Shown: positions 18,610 through 28,473 of the stretch, piece by piece
Position numbering within the stretch: position 1 is the first letter of the stretch
Layout: the number at the start of each line of letters is the position of its first letter
Virus record (IMG/VR): IMGVR_UViG_3300035183_000096
Span: 32,001 to 96,000 of that record
DNA: 64,000 nt
From: a virus
Strand: one strand, 5' to 3'
Notes under the pieces: generated by a model
What the model was told of the DNA's origin: nothing
The model's database searches: none
The model's input: the letters and a program-made list of their open reading frames with translations, nothing else
Translations under genes and position numbers: made by a program

Positions 18610-20268
18610 ATGGATAGAAAACTAAGAATACTAATGTGTAATGAAGCTAGTTATCTAAGCACTGGTTATGGAACCTACGGTAAAGAAGTTCTAAGTCGTT
18701 TACATAACACTGGAAAATATGAGTTGGCTGAGTTCGCCACCTATGGAACAAGTGCTGACCCACGCAGCAGAAGCATACCTTGGAAATGGTATCCTAACCT
18801 ACCTAACCAGGGCGATGAAGACGCACAACGTATTTATGAATCTAAAACCACCAACCAGTTTGGCGAATGGAAGTTTGAAGAAACATGCCTAGCTTTTAAG
18901 CCCGACATTGTTTTTGACATTCGTGACCACTGGATGTTTCAATATCAAGTCTATTCACCATATAGACCATACTATTATCATATACTTATGCCAACTGTCG
19001 ATGCTTACCCACAAGAAGACATTTGGATTAACGACTTCATGCAGGCCGACAACATTCTAACCTATACTGATTTTGGCCTCCAAACTTTGAAAAAACAAGC
19101 TGGGCATAAAATCAAACTTGTTAAAAGCGCCCCACCCGGAGCTAACTTAAGTGTGTTGTCACCTATGCCTGATAAACATCAACATAAAAAGAATATGGGT
19201 TTGGGAGAGGACTCTCTAGTTATCGGCACTGTTATGCGTAATCAAAAGCGTAAGCTATACCCAGACCTATTTCTTGCTTTTGCTAAGTTTTTGGAAACAG
19301 TCCCGAAGGATTTGGCTAGGAGAGTATTACTATACTGCCATACATCCTTCCCTGATGTTGGCTGGGATATACCTTTACTTTTGCGTGAAAGCGGTGTTTC
19401 TCACAAGGTTTACTTTACTTACATATGTAAACATTGTGGCTATGTTACGGCAAGTAAGTATATGGACATCAATGTTCCGTGCCGTAAGTGTGGTCTAAAC
19501 TCTATGACTTTTCCAAGTCCACAGCATGGCGTAACAATTGAAACTCTTTCTCGTATATACAACCTATTTGATGTTTACGTTCAGTACGCTATTTGTGAAG
19601 GTGCTGGTATGCCTCAAATTGAGGCAGCCGCTTGCGGTGTTCCAATAATGTCTGTAAATTATAGTGGTATGGAAGACGTAGTTAAGAAGTTAGGTGGTAC
19701 TCCAATTGATGTAGAGCGATGGTTTAGAGAGGCTGAAACCCATAGGATTATGGCCTTGCCTAGTAATAACGACTTTATAAACAAAGTTAAGCAATTCTTA
19801 CTTAAACCTAGTCCAGTTAGAGAGAGTATGGGGAGAAAGGCTCGTGAGTTATGTGAGAAACATTATAATTGGGATAATACTGCAAAAGTTTGGGAAGATG
19901 TATTTGATAGTTATAAACCAAGACCGATAGAAGAAACTTGGCATTCTGCTCCACGAATATTTAATCCAGAACATCCAGATAGATGCCCGCCAAACTTAAG
20001 CAATGAGGAATTTGTGCGTTGGCTTATAATACATATGGCTAGAGAGCCTAGACTTATCAATACCTACTTAGAACAAAAACTTGTTAGAGACTTAAACTTT
20101 GGCCAAACATATGATTATATGGGGGTTCCATATTTTAGTGATTTGTCTGCCCTTGGTGTTCGTGCTAAGTTGAGAAACTTTAATCGTGGAGATTGCGTTA
20201 AGGAGCTACTTAAGTTTATAGATAATCGTAATTTATGGGAAAAGCGTAGGATGGAGGCTGTGAAATGA
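18610..20268 (+). CDS. GT-B (GT4-like) glycosyltransferase with zinc-ribbon insertion
   Basis: TGYG, MRNQKRK, EGAGMPQIEAAACGVP; CKHC...CRKC insert. Confidence 0.88.
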   Translation: MDRKLRILMCNEASYLSTGYGTYGKEVLSRLHNTGKYELAEFATYGTSADPRSRSIPWKWYPNLPNQGDEDAQRIYESKTTNQFGEWKFEETCLAFKPDIVFDIRDHWMFQYQVYSPYRPYYYHILMPTVDAYPQEDIWINDFMQADNILTYTDFGLQTLKKQAGHKIKLVKSAPPGANLSVLSPMPDKHQHKKNMGLGEDSLVIGTVMRNQKRKLYPDLFLAFAKFLETVPKDLARRVLLYCHTSFPDVGWDIPLLLRESGVSHKVYFTYICKHCGYVTASKYMDINVPCRKCGLNSMTFPSPQHGVTIETLSRIYNLFDVYVQYAICEGAGMPQIEAAACGVPIMSVNYSGMEDVVKKLGGTPIDVERWFREAETHRIMALPSNNDFINKVKQFLLKPSPVRESMGRKARELCEKHYNWDNTAKVWEDVFDSYKPRPIEETWHSAPRIFNPEHPDRCPPNLSNEEFVRWLIIHMAREPRLINTYLEQKLVRDLNFGQTYDYMGVPYFSDLSALGVRAKLRNFNRGDCVKELLKFIDNRNLWEKRRMEAVK

Positions 20269-21386
20269 AAGTATTATATGTGGCTCCATATAGAACTGGA
20301 ACAGACTATTCTGACGCTGCTATTAACTATATTCTTGCTCTTGATAAAGTTGGTATTGAAGTAGTGCCTAGATGTATATTGGATGCACACATAGATGTTC
20401 CATTGCGAATAAAAGAGTTAGAAAAAAGAAGTCCACTTGGTTGTGATAGACTTGTCTTACATACTCCACCACTTTACTTTGAGTATGATAGTAGTTTCAA
20501 AAGGTGTATAGGTATAACCAATGTGGAGACTAACTCTTTGGTTAATACTACATGGGCACATAGAATGAAACTAATGGATAAGATTGTGATAGCTAATCCA
20601 ATTGCAATGAAGGCTTGTGAAGATGCTGGGCTTAGCAATATAATACAAGTTCCATATGCCGCGAATTTAGAAGAATATAGTCGCAGTTATTCTAGGTTGA
20701 CGGATATAGAAAATGTAACTCAAGGTAACTTTATATTCTATATGATAGCCAGGTCGGATATGCGTAAGAACTTAATTGAGGTACTAAGAGCATTTCATAC
20801 AGAATTTAAGCCTGACGAACCAGTAAGTATAGTTGTTAAAACTGGCACGGCTAATATGCCCCCAAAAATAACTAGGGATAAGATGGAGAAATTATGTGCT
20901 AATCTAAAAATGTCTCTTAGGATATATGCTAATCTTGATGCTTATAAAGAAGAGTTGATAGTAACAGAATGGTTAACAAGAGAAGAATTATGTTCCTTAC
21001 ATAGCACAGGAAACTGTTTCATTAATGTAAGCTCAAATGAAAACTGGAGTATGCCCACGTTTGATGCTATGGCTTTTGGTAAAACTCCTATAGCATTGAA
21101 TTGGGCTGGCCCTTCAGTATATTTAACCAATAAAAATTCTTTTAATCAGGTTCGATATGAGTTAGAGCCATGTTTCAGCTACACCGGTAACAGTGAGGCG
21201 TTTACATCAGATGAGGATTGGGCTAAGCCAAGCATACGTTCATTACAAAAAATTATGAGAAAGGCATATCAAGTTCATACAGAACAACCAAAGTTATTAG
21301 AACAAATGGCGGATGAAGGTTTAGATACGGCATACAACTACTCCCTTGACAATATAGGTAATAAACTAAAGGAAGTATTAGAATGA
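20265..21386 (+). CDS. GT-B (GT4-like) glycosyltransferase
   Basis: RKNL, ENWSMPTFDAMAFGK (variant of the EX7E motif). Confidence 0.8.
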   Translation: MKVLYVAPYRTGTDYSDAAINYILALDKVGIEVVPRCILDAHIDVPLRIKELEKRSPLGCDRLVLHTPPLYFEYDSSFKRCIGITNVETNSLVNTTWAHRMKLMDKIVIANPIAMKACEDAGLSNIIQVPYAANLEEYSRSYSRLTDIENVTQGNFIFYMIARSDMRKNLIEVLRAFHTEFKPDEPVSIVVKTGTANMPPKITRDKMEKLCANLKMSLRIYANLDAYKEELIVTEWLTREELCSLHSTGNCFINVSSNENWSMPTFDAMAFGKTPIALNWAGPSVYLTNKNSFNQVRYELEPCFSYTGNSEAFTSDEDWAKPSIRSLQKIMRKAYQVHTEQPKLLEQMADEGLDTAYNYSLDNIGNKLKEVLE

Positions 21387-22120
21387 GCAATAAGAAAAGG
21401 TGTAGCGGTAAAACGGGTGGGGCCAAAAGGTGTCGTAAACAGCTTGAAATGCAACCACCAATAGAAGAGGCAAAAGAAGAGTTTGCGACCAAAACACCGA
21501 GTCAGGAAAAATATGTAGAGATTATAAAAAACAATCATATTATTTTTGCTGATGGCGCAGCCGGTTGTGGTAAGACTTTTGTGGCTACAGCCGTAGGATT
21601 ACAAATGCTGTTGGGCGGTGAGTATGAAAGATTGATTATAACAAGGCCGGTAATGGAAGCTGGAGAAAGTTTAGGTTTTTTGCCCGGTAAGGTTAATGAG
21701 AAATTCAAACCTTATATACAGCCAGTTATGGATGCTCTACATAAGTTTTTGACGCCATATGAGGTTGCTCAATTTATACAAAGAGGAAAAATCGAAATAG
21801 CTCCGATTGCTTACATGAGAGGACGCACTTTCGATGATTCGTTTATCATAGTAGATGAGGCTCAAAATTGTAGTATGAAACAGCTTAAGCTGGCTGTAAC
21901 CCGCCTAGGGAAAAATTCAAAGATTGTGGTAAATGGTGACGTTACCCAAGCTGATATTGCTTGTCATAGCTCATATGGTAATGCGTTAAGCAAACACATT
22001 AGAGAGTTTACTAACAACAAAAAAGAAGGTATAGCTGTCTTTAAGTTTGATGTTAATGATATTATCAGAAACAAAATACTTATAGACTATTTGGATGTAA
22101 TATATGAGGATTATTGCTAA
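21383..22120 (+). CDS. phoH: PhoH-family ATPase
   Basis: G.AGCGKT, ITRP, LGFLPG, YMRGRTF, DEAQN, TRLG, GD..Q.D. Confidence 0.95.
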   Translation: MSNKKRCSGKTGGAKRCRKQLEMQPPIEEAKEEFATKTPSQEKYVEIIKNNHIIFADGAAGCGKTFVATAVGLQMLLGGEYERLIITRPVMEAGESLGFLPGKVNEKFKPYIQPVMDALHKFLTPYEVAQFIQRGKIEIAPIAYMRGRTFDDSFIIVDEAQNCSMKQLKLAVTRLGKNSKIVVNGDVTQADIACHSSYGNALSKHIREFTNNKKEGIAVFKFDVNDIIRNKILIDYLDVIYEDYC

Positions 22121-23163
22121 TGCCTACTCCTGTAAGTTCATTGATTAGACAAACAAAATCTAATGACAAACTTAATATATTAACTTTCTGTTATGAAGAA
22201 AAGCATGAAGCGGCTATATGTCGTACAGGCCATAACTTCTACGCAATAACAGTGCCGGGTATGTTCTACAAATGGAATCCCGACATCATGATGAAGCCGA
22301 GCAACTATACGTTGTTTGATATAAAAATGGAGCAGGACTTATTGGAGTCATTGCCCCCACATTTAGACTTTGACCTAATCTTAGTACATGAACGCCCATA
22401 TCAATTTCAGATTGGTAAGAATGCATCTAGGATTTTGTCAATACCGTTGGTAGCCATGACAGATAACTTTCCTATTGCTATAGCCTCCGATTTCGATATC
22501 CATAGTTTTGCGGATATGAAAGCACATGCCAACATTTTTGGTAACTTAGGACTTAAAAGCTTTTGGCAAATAGAAGATAGTGTGGTTATACATCCGGGTG
22601 TGGATACCGAAAGATTTACGGTTCGTAATGATGTTATCCGTAAGAAGAACATTATGACGTTGGTCCATAGATTTGCTCAACGTGATGAAGAAACACAATT
22701 TAGCTCTTGGAGACAGATTATCGAGGGTTTTGAATATACGTTGGTCGGTCATAATCCCGGCCTACCATCTGAGTTCTTGGCCTATAGCTTGTTACCTAAG
22801 CGTTATCAAGAATCAAGAGTTTATCTTAATACTGTAACTGGTGGCGTATTTCCAATTGAAGTTATTGAGGCTATGGCTTCTGGCTGTGTAGTTGTTACCT
22901 ATCCTTATCCCGGCATAACAGACTTTGTAAAGGATGGTGAGAATGGGTTTATTTGTAAGGATGTTGATACAGCTAAGCGTACTATACGAAGACTAATTGA
23001 GGATGATGACTTGGCTAATAAAATGAGTGTAGCAGCTAGGCAATTTGCTGTTGATAACTTAAACATTGACCAATATACAAAAGAACTAAATAAAGTATTT
23101 GATAAGGTTGTAAAGAACCATAAGGAGATAGGATATGAAGATAAACCTACTTATAAATGGTAA
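22120..23163 (+). CDS. GT-B (GT4-like) glycosyltransferase
   Basis: PGVDTERF, P.EVIEAMASGC.VV, DGENGF. Confidence 0.85.
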   Translation: MPTPVSSLIRQTKSNDKLNILTFCYEEKHEAAICRTGHNFYAITVPGMFYKWNPDIMMKPSNYTLFDIKMEQDLLESLPPHLDFDLILVHERPYQFQIGKNASRILSIPLVAMTDNFPIAIASDFDIHSFADMKAHANIFGNLGLKSFWQIEDSVVIHPGVDTERFTVRNDVIRKKNIMTLVHRFAQRDEETQFSSWRQIIEGFEYTLVGHNPGLPSEFLAYSLLPKRYQESRVYLNTVTGGVFPIEVIEAMASGCVVVTYPYPGITDFVKDGENGFICKDVDTAKRTIRRLIEDDDLANKMSVAARQFAVDNLNIDQYTKELNKVFDKVVKNHKEIGYEDKPTYKW

Positions 23164-23605
23164 GCATATTTTAGCAGGCTATATTAACATAGACCCATTA
23201 GCTGTTGATGGCGATGGAAAGATTGCTGCTGACATATCCAATTTAGATGCTACCATAGATGATGGAGAGGCGGACGAGATAATTGCAGACTCAATTTTAG
23301 ATTATTTTCCATATCGCAATACTGCATCAATAGTTGGCAATTGGGTAAAGAAGCTAAGAAAGGGTGGCAAACTTATTTTGGTATGCCCAAACATCTATGA
23401 GGTTGCTAGGCAACTAATGCGTCGTGAGATAACTGAAACACAAGCCAACGAACTCATATACGATGGACGTGGTGAAGATTGGCAGCTTAAGAAAAACCTA
23501 TATAGTGTAACAACCATGGAAGAAATGTTGAAATCTATGGGTATGAAAACGATTAGTAAAAAACTCGTCAATCATAAGCATATGTTGACAGCGGAGAAAG
23601 TATAA
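23135..23605 (+). CDS. Class I SAM-dependent methyltransferase-like protein
   Basis: KINL..NG...GYINID, DEI.A..IL, LRKGGKL.L.CP; motif I is degenerate. Confidence 0.7.
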   Translation: MKINLLINGKHILAGYINIDPLAVDGDGKIAADISNLDATIDDGEADEIIADSILDYFPYRNTASIVGNWVKKLRKGGKLILVCPNIYEVARQLMRREITETQANELIYDGRGEDWQLKKNLYSVTTMEEMLKSMGMKTISKKLVNHKHMLTAEKV

Positions 23606-24450
23606 TGGATAATGTTGAAAATACCAACCCTTTATCTGATGCTAGACTAATAGTACCATGCAAACCTTGTGTATTTGCACAGTGGGATGGGAAAACTCAG
23701 ATTGGTTGTCGCGCTGGTATGCTAGACAAGTTGAAAGATAATGGTGCAGAAATTATCGAAGTTTATGACACTGAAACAGAGTCATATGTTATTAAAAACC
23801 GCGTATGTATGATGCGTAGGTTATCTGGTTGGAGAGAGAGATGGGCCGATAAGGATATTGATGCTTTATTGGAAATCGCCGACAAGGAAGTTTATAGAGC
23901 AATAACAACGGAGTTGCTTGTGTATGTTGGTCCAAATTGGTCAGAACATGAAGTGGCTAAAGGACTTACAATTACACTCGACAGTGTTGTTAAAGAAGAA
24001 GTTAAGCCGATAAGAATAACCTTCATTACCAATAACTCAATGAGAATATCAAAGATGGTACGTGCTGTCAAAAAGTATGAGTTAATGACACCACAAGGTA
24101 GTAAACTTCCACCCTGGTTCGTAGAATACATCACAGATAGAACAGACGACGACCAAATGATTCAGGATAGGGCGGCTATAGATATTTTCGCAAAGACGAA
24201 GTGTATTGCGCCATACTATATAATTGCAGAGTGTGGCAAGCCAGTTCGCCAAAACATCTTTTCCTATATTAAGGAGAAGGTTATTAGAGAAATGAAAATG
24301 GTTTTGTGTGAAAGAGGCGACGACGATGGATTACATAATGAAATAGTTCATGTTGGAGTGCATATGTATCTTAGGGGCAATTGGGAAATCAATGTTTGTG
24401 ATAAGATAGAGTCAATGCTTAGGATGGGTACAAAAAATGAACAAACCTAA
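23605..24450 (+). CDS. Hypothetical protein in GT cluster (Cys-rich N-terminus, possible degenerate GT-A)
   Basis: CKPCVF...QIGC...VCMMRR; operonic coupling. Confidence 0.55.
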   Translation: MDNVENTNPLSDARLIVPCKPCVFAQWDGKTQIGCRAGMLDKLKDNGAEIIEVYDTETESYVIKNRVCMMRRLSGWRERWADKDIDALLEIADKEVYRAITTELLVYVGPNWSEHEVAKGLTITLDSVVKEEVKPIRITFITNNSMRISKMVRAVKKYELMTPQGSKLPPWFVEYITDRTDDDQMIQDRAAIDIFAKTKCIAPYYIIAECGKPVRQNIFSYIKEKVIREMKMVLCERGDDDGLHNEIVHVGVHMYLRGNWEINVCDKIESMLRMGTKNEQT

Positions 24451-25195
24451 TGTATGTATTATCGTTACTTGTTACAATAAAGAGAAAACGATAGTAAATG
24501 CTATTAAGAGCGCTGCCAATCAAAGTTATGACCCAAAGGCTATAATAGTTGTAGATGATGGTTCTACAGATAAAAGCTGGCAAGCTATCAAGAGTTGTTT
24601 TAAGAGTAAGACAAGGTATGAGCCAGAAATAATAGTTGGCACAGGTGAACATAACGTAACATTGTACGCCATAAAAAACAAACATAGATGCGGTCCAGGT
24701 ATTGCAAAGAACAAAGCTATGGCTATGGCGTTTAACGTAAGTGACTTGTTCCTATTCTTAGAGGGCGATGATGAGTTGGCGACATTAAAGACACAAATAA
24801 TGGTAAATAAGTTTCTTGAAGACCCAAGGGCTATTGGCCTTATATATAGTGACCAGATGATACGAAATCATATTGAAGACTATGAAGTAACTGGATATAT
24901 GCCACCATTCAATAGAAGTTTGTTAGAGAATGTAAATTATGTTGAACCTAACTATATGGTAAGCAAAAAAGCTGTGTTTACTGCAGGTAAGTTTGATGAA
25001 CAAATACCATTTCCAGACCACGATTTTGTTCTTAGAATAACAGAGAAGTTTGTTGGTATCCATATACCGGAGGTTCTATCTACTCATAACATCTTACCAG
25101 ATGGTTACACGCTTAATTATCAGGGCGACCTAAACAAAAGCACAGAAATCACAATCAAGAAAGCTATACAGAGAGTGAGGATTGCGGAAGAATGA
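24437..25195 (+). CDS. GT2 (GT-A) glycosyltransferase
   Basis: IIVTCYN.E..I..AI.S, VVDDGSTD, FLEGDD, FDE. Confidence 0.9.
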   Translation: MNKPNVCIIVTCYNKEKTIVNAIKSAANQSYDPKAIIVVDDGSTDKSWQAIKSCFKSKTRYEPEIIVGTGEHNVTLYAIKNKHRCGPGIAKNKAMAMAFNVSDLFLFLEGDDELATLKTQIMVNKFLEDPRAIGLIYSDQMIRNHIEDYEVTGYMPPFNRSLLENVNYVEPNYMVSKKAVFTAGKFDEQIPFPDHDFVLRITEKFVGIHIPEVLSTHNILPDGYTLNYQGDLNKSTEITIKKAIQRVRIAEE

Positions 25196-26115
25196 ACATT
25201 CTAGTACAAGTTGGATATAATGCCGACCAAGAAATGACTGGTGTTGTAAACGCACTTAGAGACGCCGGACAGGATGTAGTCACTTGGTCCGAAAAAGATA
25301 TACCGGCTTTCAATATATTTGAAGACATAAAGCCCGGCGTGTTTATTGGGTCCGCTAAATTAGCTAGTAGAGCCATTAAGAAATGCTTAATCAAGTATAA
25401 ACCAAAGGCCGCTATATATGTTGATAGTACGAAACCTGAAGATTACGAAAATCTAAAACCCGACTTACTCTTCAGTGAAGTAGATAAAATTATAAGTGAC
25501 GAACTCATGCCAGATGTTCGGCGCCTATCTATATATCCATCTATCAATATGAGTGTGTCTATGAACCCGGTAGCAAATACTAAACTCAACACAGATGTTG
25601 TATTCGTTGGTAGCTATCATCCAACAAACCGGCATAACATACACAAATACATCTTTCCACTTGCTGAAAGTAAATTATGTAGTTTTAGAATCTATGGTCA
25701 CGGGGAGTGGCCAATGCCCAATGCTCTTGGCATACTTGAATATGCTAATATCAAGAATGTTATGTATAATGCTAAGCTCTATCTATATCTTACTCCCAAT
25801 GATACGGACTTCACATGGAATCCTTTGTTGTCTGTGTCTGTAGGCACTCAAGTTCTAACGAATAGTAAGAAGACGTATGAAACACTTGGTAGTGATTATA
25901 TAAAACTAATTGGAGACAATTACCTTGAGCAAGTAAAAGATTTGTTGGTAAATTATAATGACGATAGTAAGCAGGCTAGACTTAGACTAGGTAAGGATAT
26001 CATCTATGGAAGTTACACTAATTATCACTTGGCTCAGTCTATTATGTCATCACTTGATATAAACCTAGAAACCAAACTACAGAATGCTTTAGTTAAGAGG
26101 ATTAAGAATGATTAA
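25192..26115 (+). CDS. CgeB/Glyco_trans_1_2-like GT-B protein
   Basis: DVVFVGSY..., RIYG.G.W, YNAKL.L; lies in GT cluster. Confidence 0.6.
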   Translation: MNILVQVGYNADQEMTGVVNALRDAGQDVVTWSEKDIPAFNIFEDIKPGVFIGSAKLASRAIKKCLIKYKPKAAIYVDSTKPEDYENLKPDLLFSEVDKIISDELMPDVRRLSIYPSINMSVSMNPVANTKLNTDVVFVGSYHPTNRHNIHKYIFPLAESKLCSFRIYGHGEWPMPNALGILEYANIKNVMYNAKLYLYLTPNDTDFTWNPLLSVSVGTQVLTNSKKTYETLGSDYIKLIGDNYLEQVKDLLVNYNDDSKQARLRLGKDIIYGSYTNYHLAQSIMSSLDINLETKLQNALVKRIKND

Positions 26116-26584
26116 GAAAATAGGTATAATGATGGATAGCTTACGCTCTAGTCAGATGGCTTACTACGCCATTCGTAATGTTAATAATTACTTAGTTAAC
26201 AATTATTTAACAAACTTCAATTTCTTCGTAAAGGCTGTCTATGCCCCATGTATTGAGCCGAAATGCGGGGTTATGAGATGGGAAGAGTTGTGGGGGTTTC
26301 AAGGTAAACTTATTACTACTAACATTGAAAGTACCCGTAGGGTTATGAAGTTACCAGCCACCTTTGACCATTATTACTATGTTTATGATTTAGACTGGTT
26401 GAGAATTGGAACTAAACCCTGGAGATTTGAAGAATTGTCGGAGTTTTACCAAAACCCAAGCATTAAGTTGCTTACAAGAACTAAGAGGAATGCTGAACTC
26501 ATCAAAAACATATGGGGTACATCAGCGGGTGTAGTTGAAGATTTCAATATCAATCAGTTGCTCACAAACATAGAGGTAGATTAG
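26108..26584 (+). CDS. Hypothetical protein, possible stand-alone GT-B N-terminal Rossmann half
   Basis: Beta/alpha pattern ...YYYVYDLDW...LLTRT; last gene of the GT cluster. Confidence 0.5.
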   Translation: MIKKIGIMMDSLRSSQMAYYAIRNVNNYLVNNYLTNFNFFVKAVYAPCIEPKCGVMRWEELWGFQGKLITTNIESTRRVMKLPATFDHYYYVYDLDWLRIGTKPWRFEELSEFYQNPSIKLLTRTKRNAELIKNIWGTSAGVVEDFNINQLLTNIEVD

Positions 26585-26585
26585 G

Positions 26586-27365
26586 ATGGATAAATTAATA
26601 TTAGATAAAGATTACATTGATGAACATTACTGGAAGCAAGAAAAGAGTATTCATCAAATAGCCGAGGAGTTAGGCACTTATCCTAATAAGGTTCGCAGGG
26701 CTATACTACAACATTATAGTAAACTTAGAGACAAGTCTAAGGCTCAAAGTCTAGCTCTATCACAAGGAAGACACAAGCACCCAACACGCGGCACTAATCG
26801 TAGTCAAGAAACAAAGGATAAGATTAGTTTATCTGTGGCTAGTAAATGGAAGGGTATTTCTGAAGATGAAAGACAACGCCGCGTGAATTTAGCAAAGGAA
26901 AGATGGGCTAGTATGCCAGACGATGGGCGAGCGGAAATGTCAAAAAAAGCTATTGATGCTTTTAGGAAAGCCGCCAAAGAAGGTTCAAGACTTGAGAAGT
27001 TTCTACTTGACGAATTGAGGCGGGCGGGATATAGTGTGATGTTTCACACAGAAGCAATTGCTGAAAGCGAAAAAATGCACGTTGACCTTATAGTACCAGA
27101 GTTACAGGCAGCTATAGAGGTCGATGGGCCAAGCCACTTCTTTCCTATATGGGGAGAAGAGTCTTTAAGACAACACATCCAGTGGGATAATGAAAAAAAC
27201 GGCCTTCTAATCAACGCGGGTTATACAGTCATACGAATCAAAGTTTATGTTAATACAGTATCAAGGCGAGTTGAGCTTGAGGTACTCGATAAACTATTGT
27301 TTCATTTGAAGAAGCTGAAGGACGAAGGATTAACTAAACAATATATAGAAATTGAGGTGAAATAA
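26586..27365 (+). CDS. HTH + NUMOD3-like + Vsr/EDxHD-type endonuclease (homing-endonuclease-like)
   Basis: SIHQIAEELGT HTH, SQETKDKIS, S.LE, VDL, IEVDGPSH, D.EKN..L...GY.VIRI. Confidence 0.75.
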   Translation: MDKLILDKDYIDEHYWKQEKSIHQIAEELGTYPNKVRRAILQHYSKLRDKSKAQSLALSQGRHKHPTRGTNRSQETKDKISLSVASKWKGISEDERQRRVNLAKERWASMPDDGRAEMSKKAIDAFRKAAKEGSRLEKFLLDELRRAGYSVMFHTEAIAESEKMHVDLIVPELQAAIEVDGPSHFFPIWGEESLRQHIQWDNEKNGLLINAGYTVIRIKVYVNTVSRRVELEVLDKLLFHLKKLKDEGLTKQYIEIEVK

Positions 27366-28165
27366 TGGCTAGACCCAAGAAAACTAATAATTTTGGCAAT
27401 CCTGCTGATAGTAACGATACTGGAGATTTTGTAGTGAATACAGATAGTGGAATTAAGTTGGAAGAGATTGCTGCAAGCAAATTGGAGCACCCACTACCAA
27501 CTGACCCTGCATGGCATGATTATGTCATGATGCAATTTGATGAAGCTGAGGTAGATAACAATGGTTATCCTAAAGTAAGCGGGTTGCGCAGAGTTACAGA
27601 ACAACTGTTGGGTGAAATTGTATATTCTGCACCGACACCAGTTAGCGATAGTGCTGATAGGTCATGTGTCATACATACCATTAAAATAAGATTTCCATAT
27701 GAAAATGAACCTAGGGTTTTTGCCGAAATAGCAGATGCCACACCAGATAATATCAAAGGTAATGAAACAAGTAAAGTAGTATCTAAGCACTTACCGGCAA
27801 CAGCTAGTTCAAGAGCCGAAGCTAGAGCTTTAAGAAAGGCGCTTCGTCTCCGTGTTATGTCGGCGGAAGAGGCTACAACATCTTCTGCTGATAAGGTTAC
27901 AAACGACACCGGCTATATTGAACCAGCACAGATTACATTTATTGATATTATGTGTAGGAGAAATAAGATTGATGTTTGGCGATATATAAATAGTCGCGGA
28001 TTTTTGCCAGATGATGGCACTAAATATACTAACATAGAAAAAGTGCCTTATGATAAGGCTATAAAAATGGCTAGGGCTTTAACTAAGATTCAAAATGGAA
28101 CATTACAAATTCCAGAGGATTTAGTGGGATATGACCCGAATTGGCGTAATAAAGGAGAACTATAA
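27365..28165 (+). CDS. Putative single-strand annealing protein (RecT/Red-beta/Rad52 superfamily)
   Basis: GYPKVSGLRR...ATASSRAEARALRKALRL..SAEE pattern resembles SSAP cores. Confidence 0.5.
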   Translation: MARPKKTNNFGNPADSNDTGDFVVNTDSGIKLEEIAASKLEHPLPTDPAWHDYVMMQFDEAEVDNNGYPKVSGLRRVTEQLLGEIVYSAPTPVSDSADRSCVIHTIKIRFPYENEPRVFAEIADATPDNIKGNETSKVVSKHLPATASSRAEARALRKALRLRVMSAEEATTSSADKVTNDTGYIEPAQITFIDIMCRRNKIDVWRYINSRGFLPDDGTKYTNIEKVPYDKAIKMARALTKIQNGTLQIPEDLVGYDPNWRNKGEL

Positions 28166-28473
28166 TGAATTTTCCACCACAAAGTGTGATGATGATGGTG
28201 CCACAAGCTAAACCATCGAAACTTAAGGCTGTAGCTGGTGTTCTTAATCCAGAAACATTGATTGACGTATGGACAGACACTTCTTTTATAGACAAAGATG
28301 TTGTCAAACTTAACCGCTTAACCATTCTTGCTTACAAAGAAATAGAAATGCCAGAAACAAAAATATACAAACTATGGACCAGTGGTGGGTTTGAGTTCTT
28401 CACCAATAATGATAAGTTTAAGAGTGACGACGATGAAAAAGAAAATAAGGATTTGGAAGCTGGGAAATCTTGA
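28165..28473 (+). CDS. Hypothetical protein
   Basis: AAGGAG RBS, TAATG coupling. Confidence 0.6.
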   Translation: MNFPPQSVMMMVPQAKPSKLKAVAGVLNPETLIDVWTDTSFIDKDVVKLNRLTILAYKEIEMPETKIYKLWTSGGFEFFTNNDKFKSDDDEKENKDLEAGKS

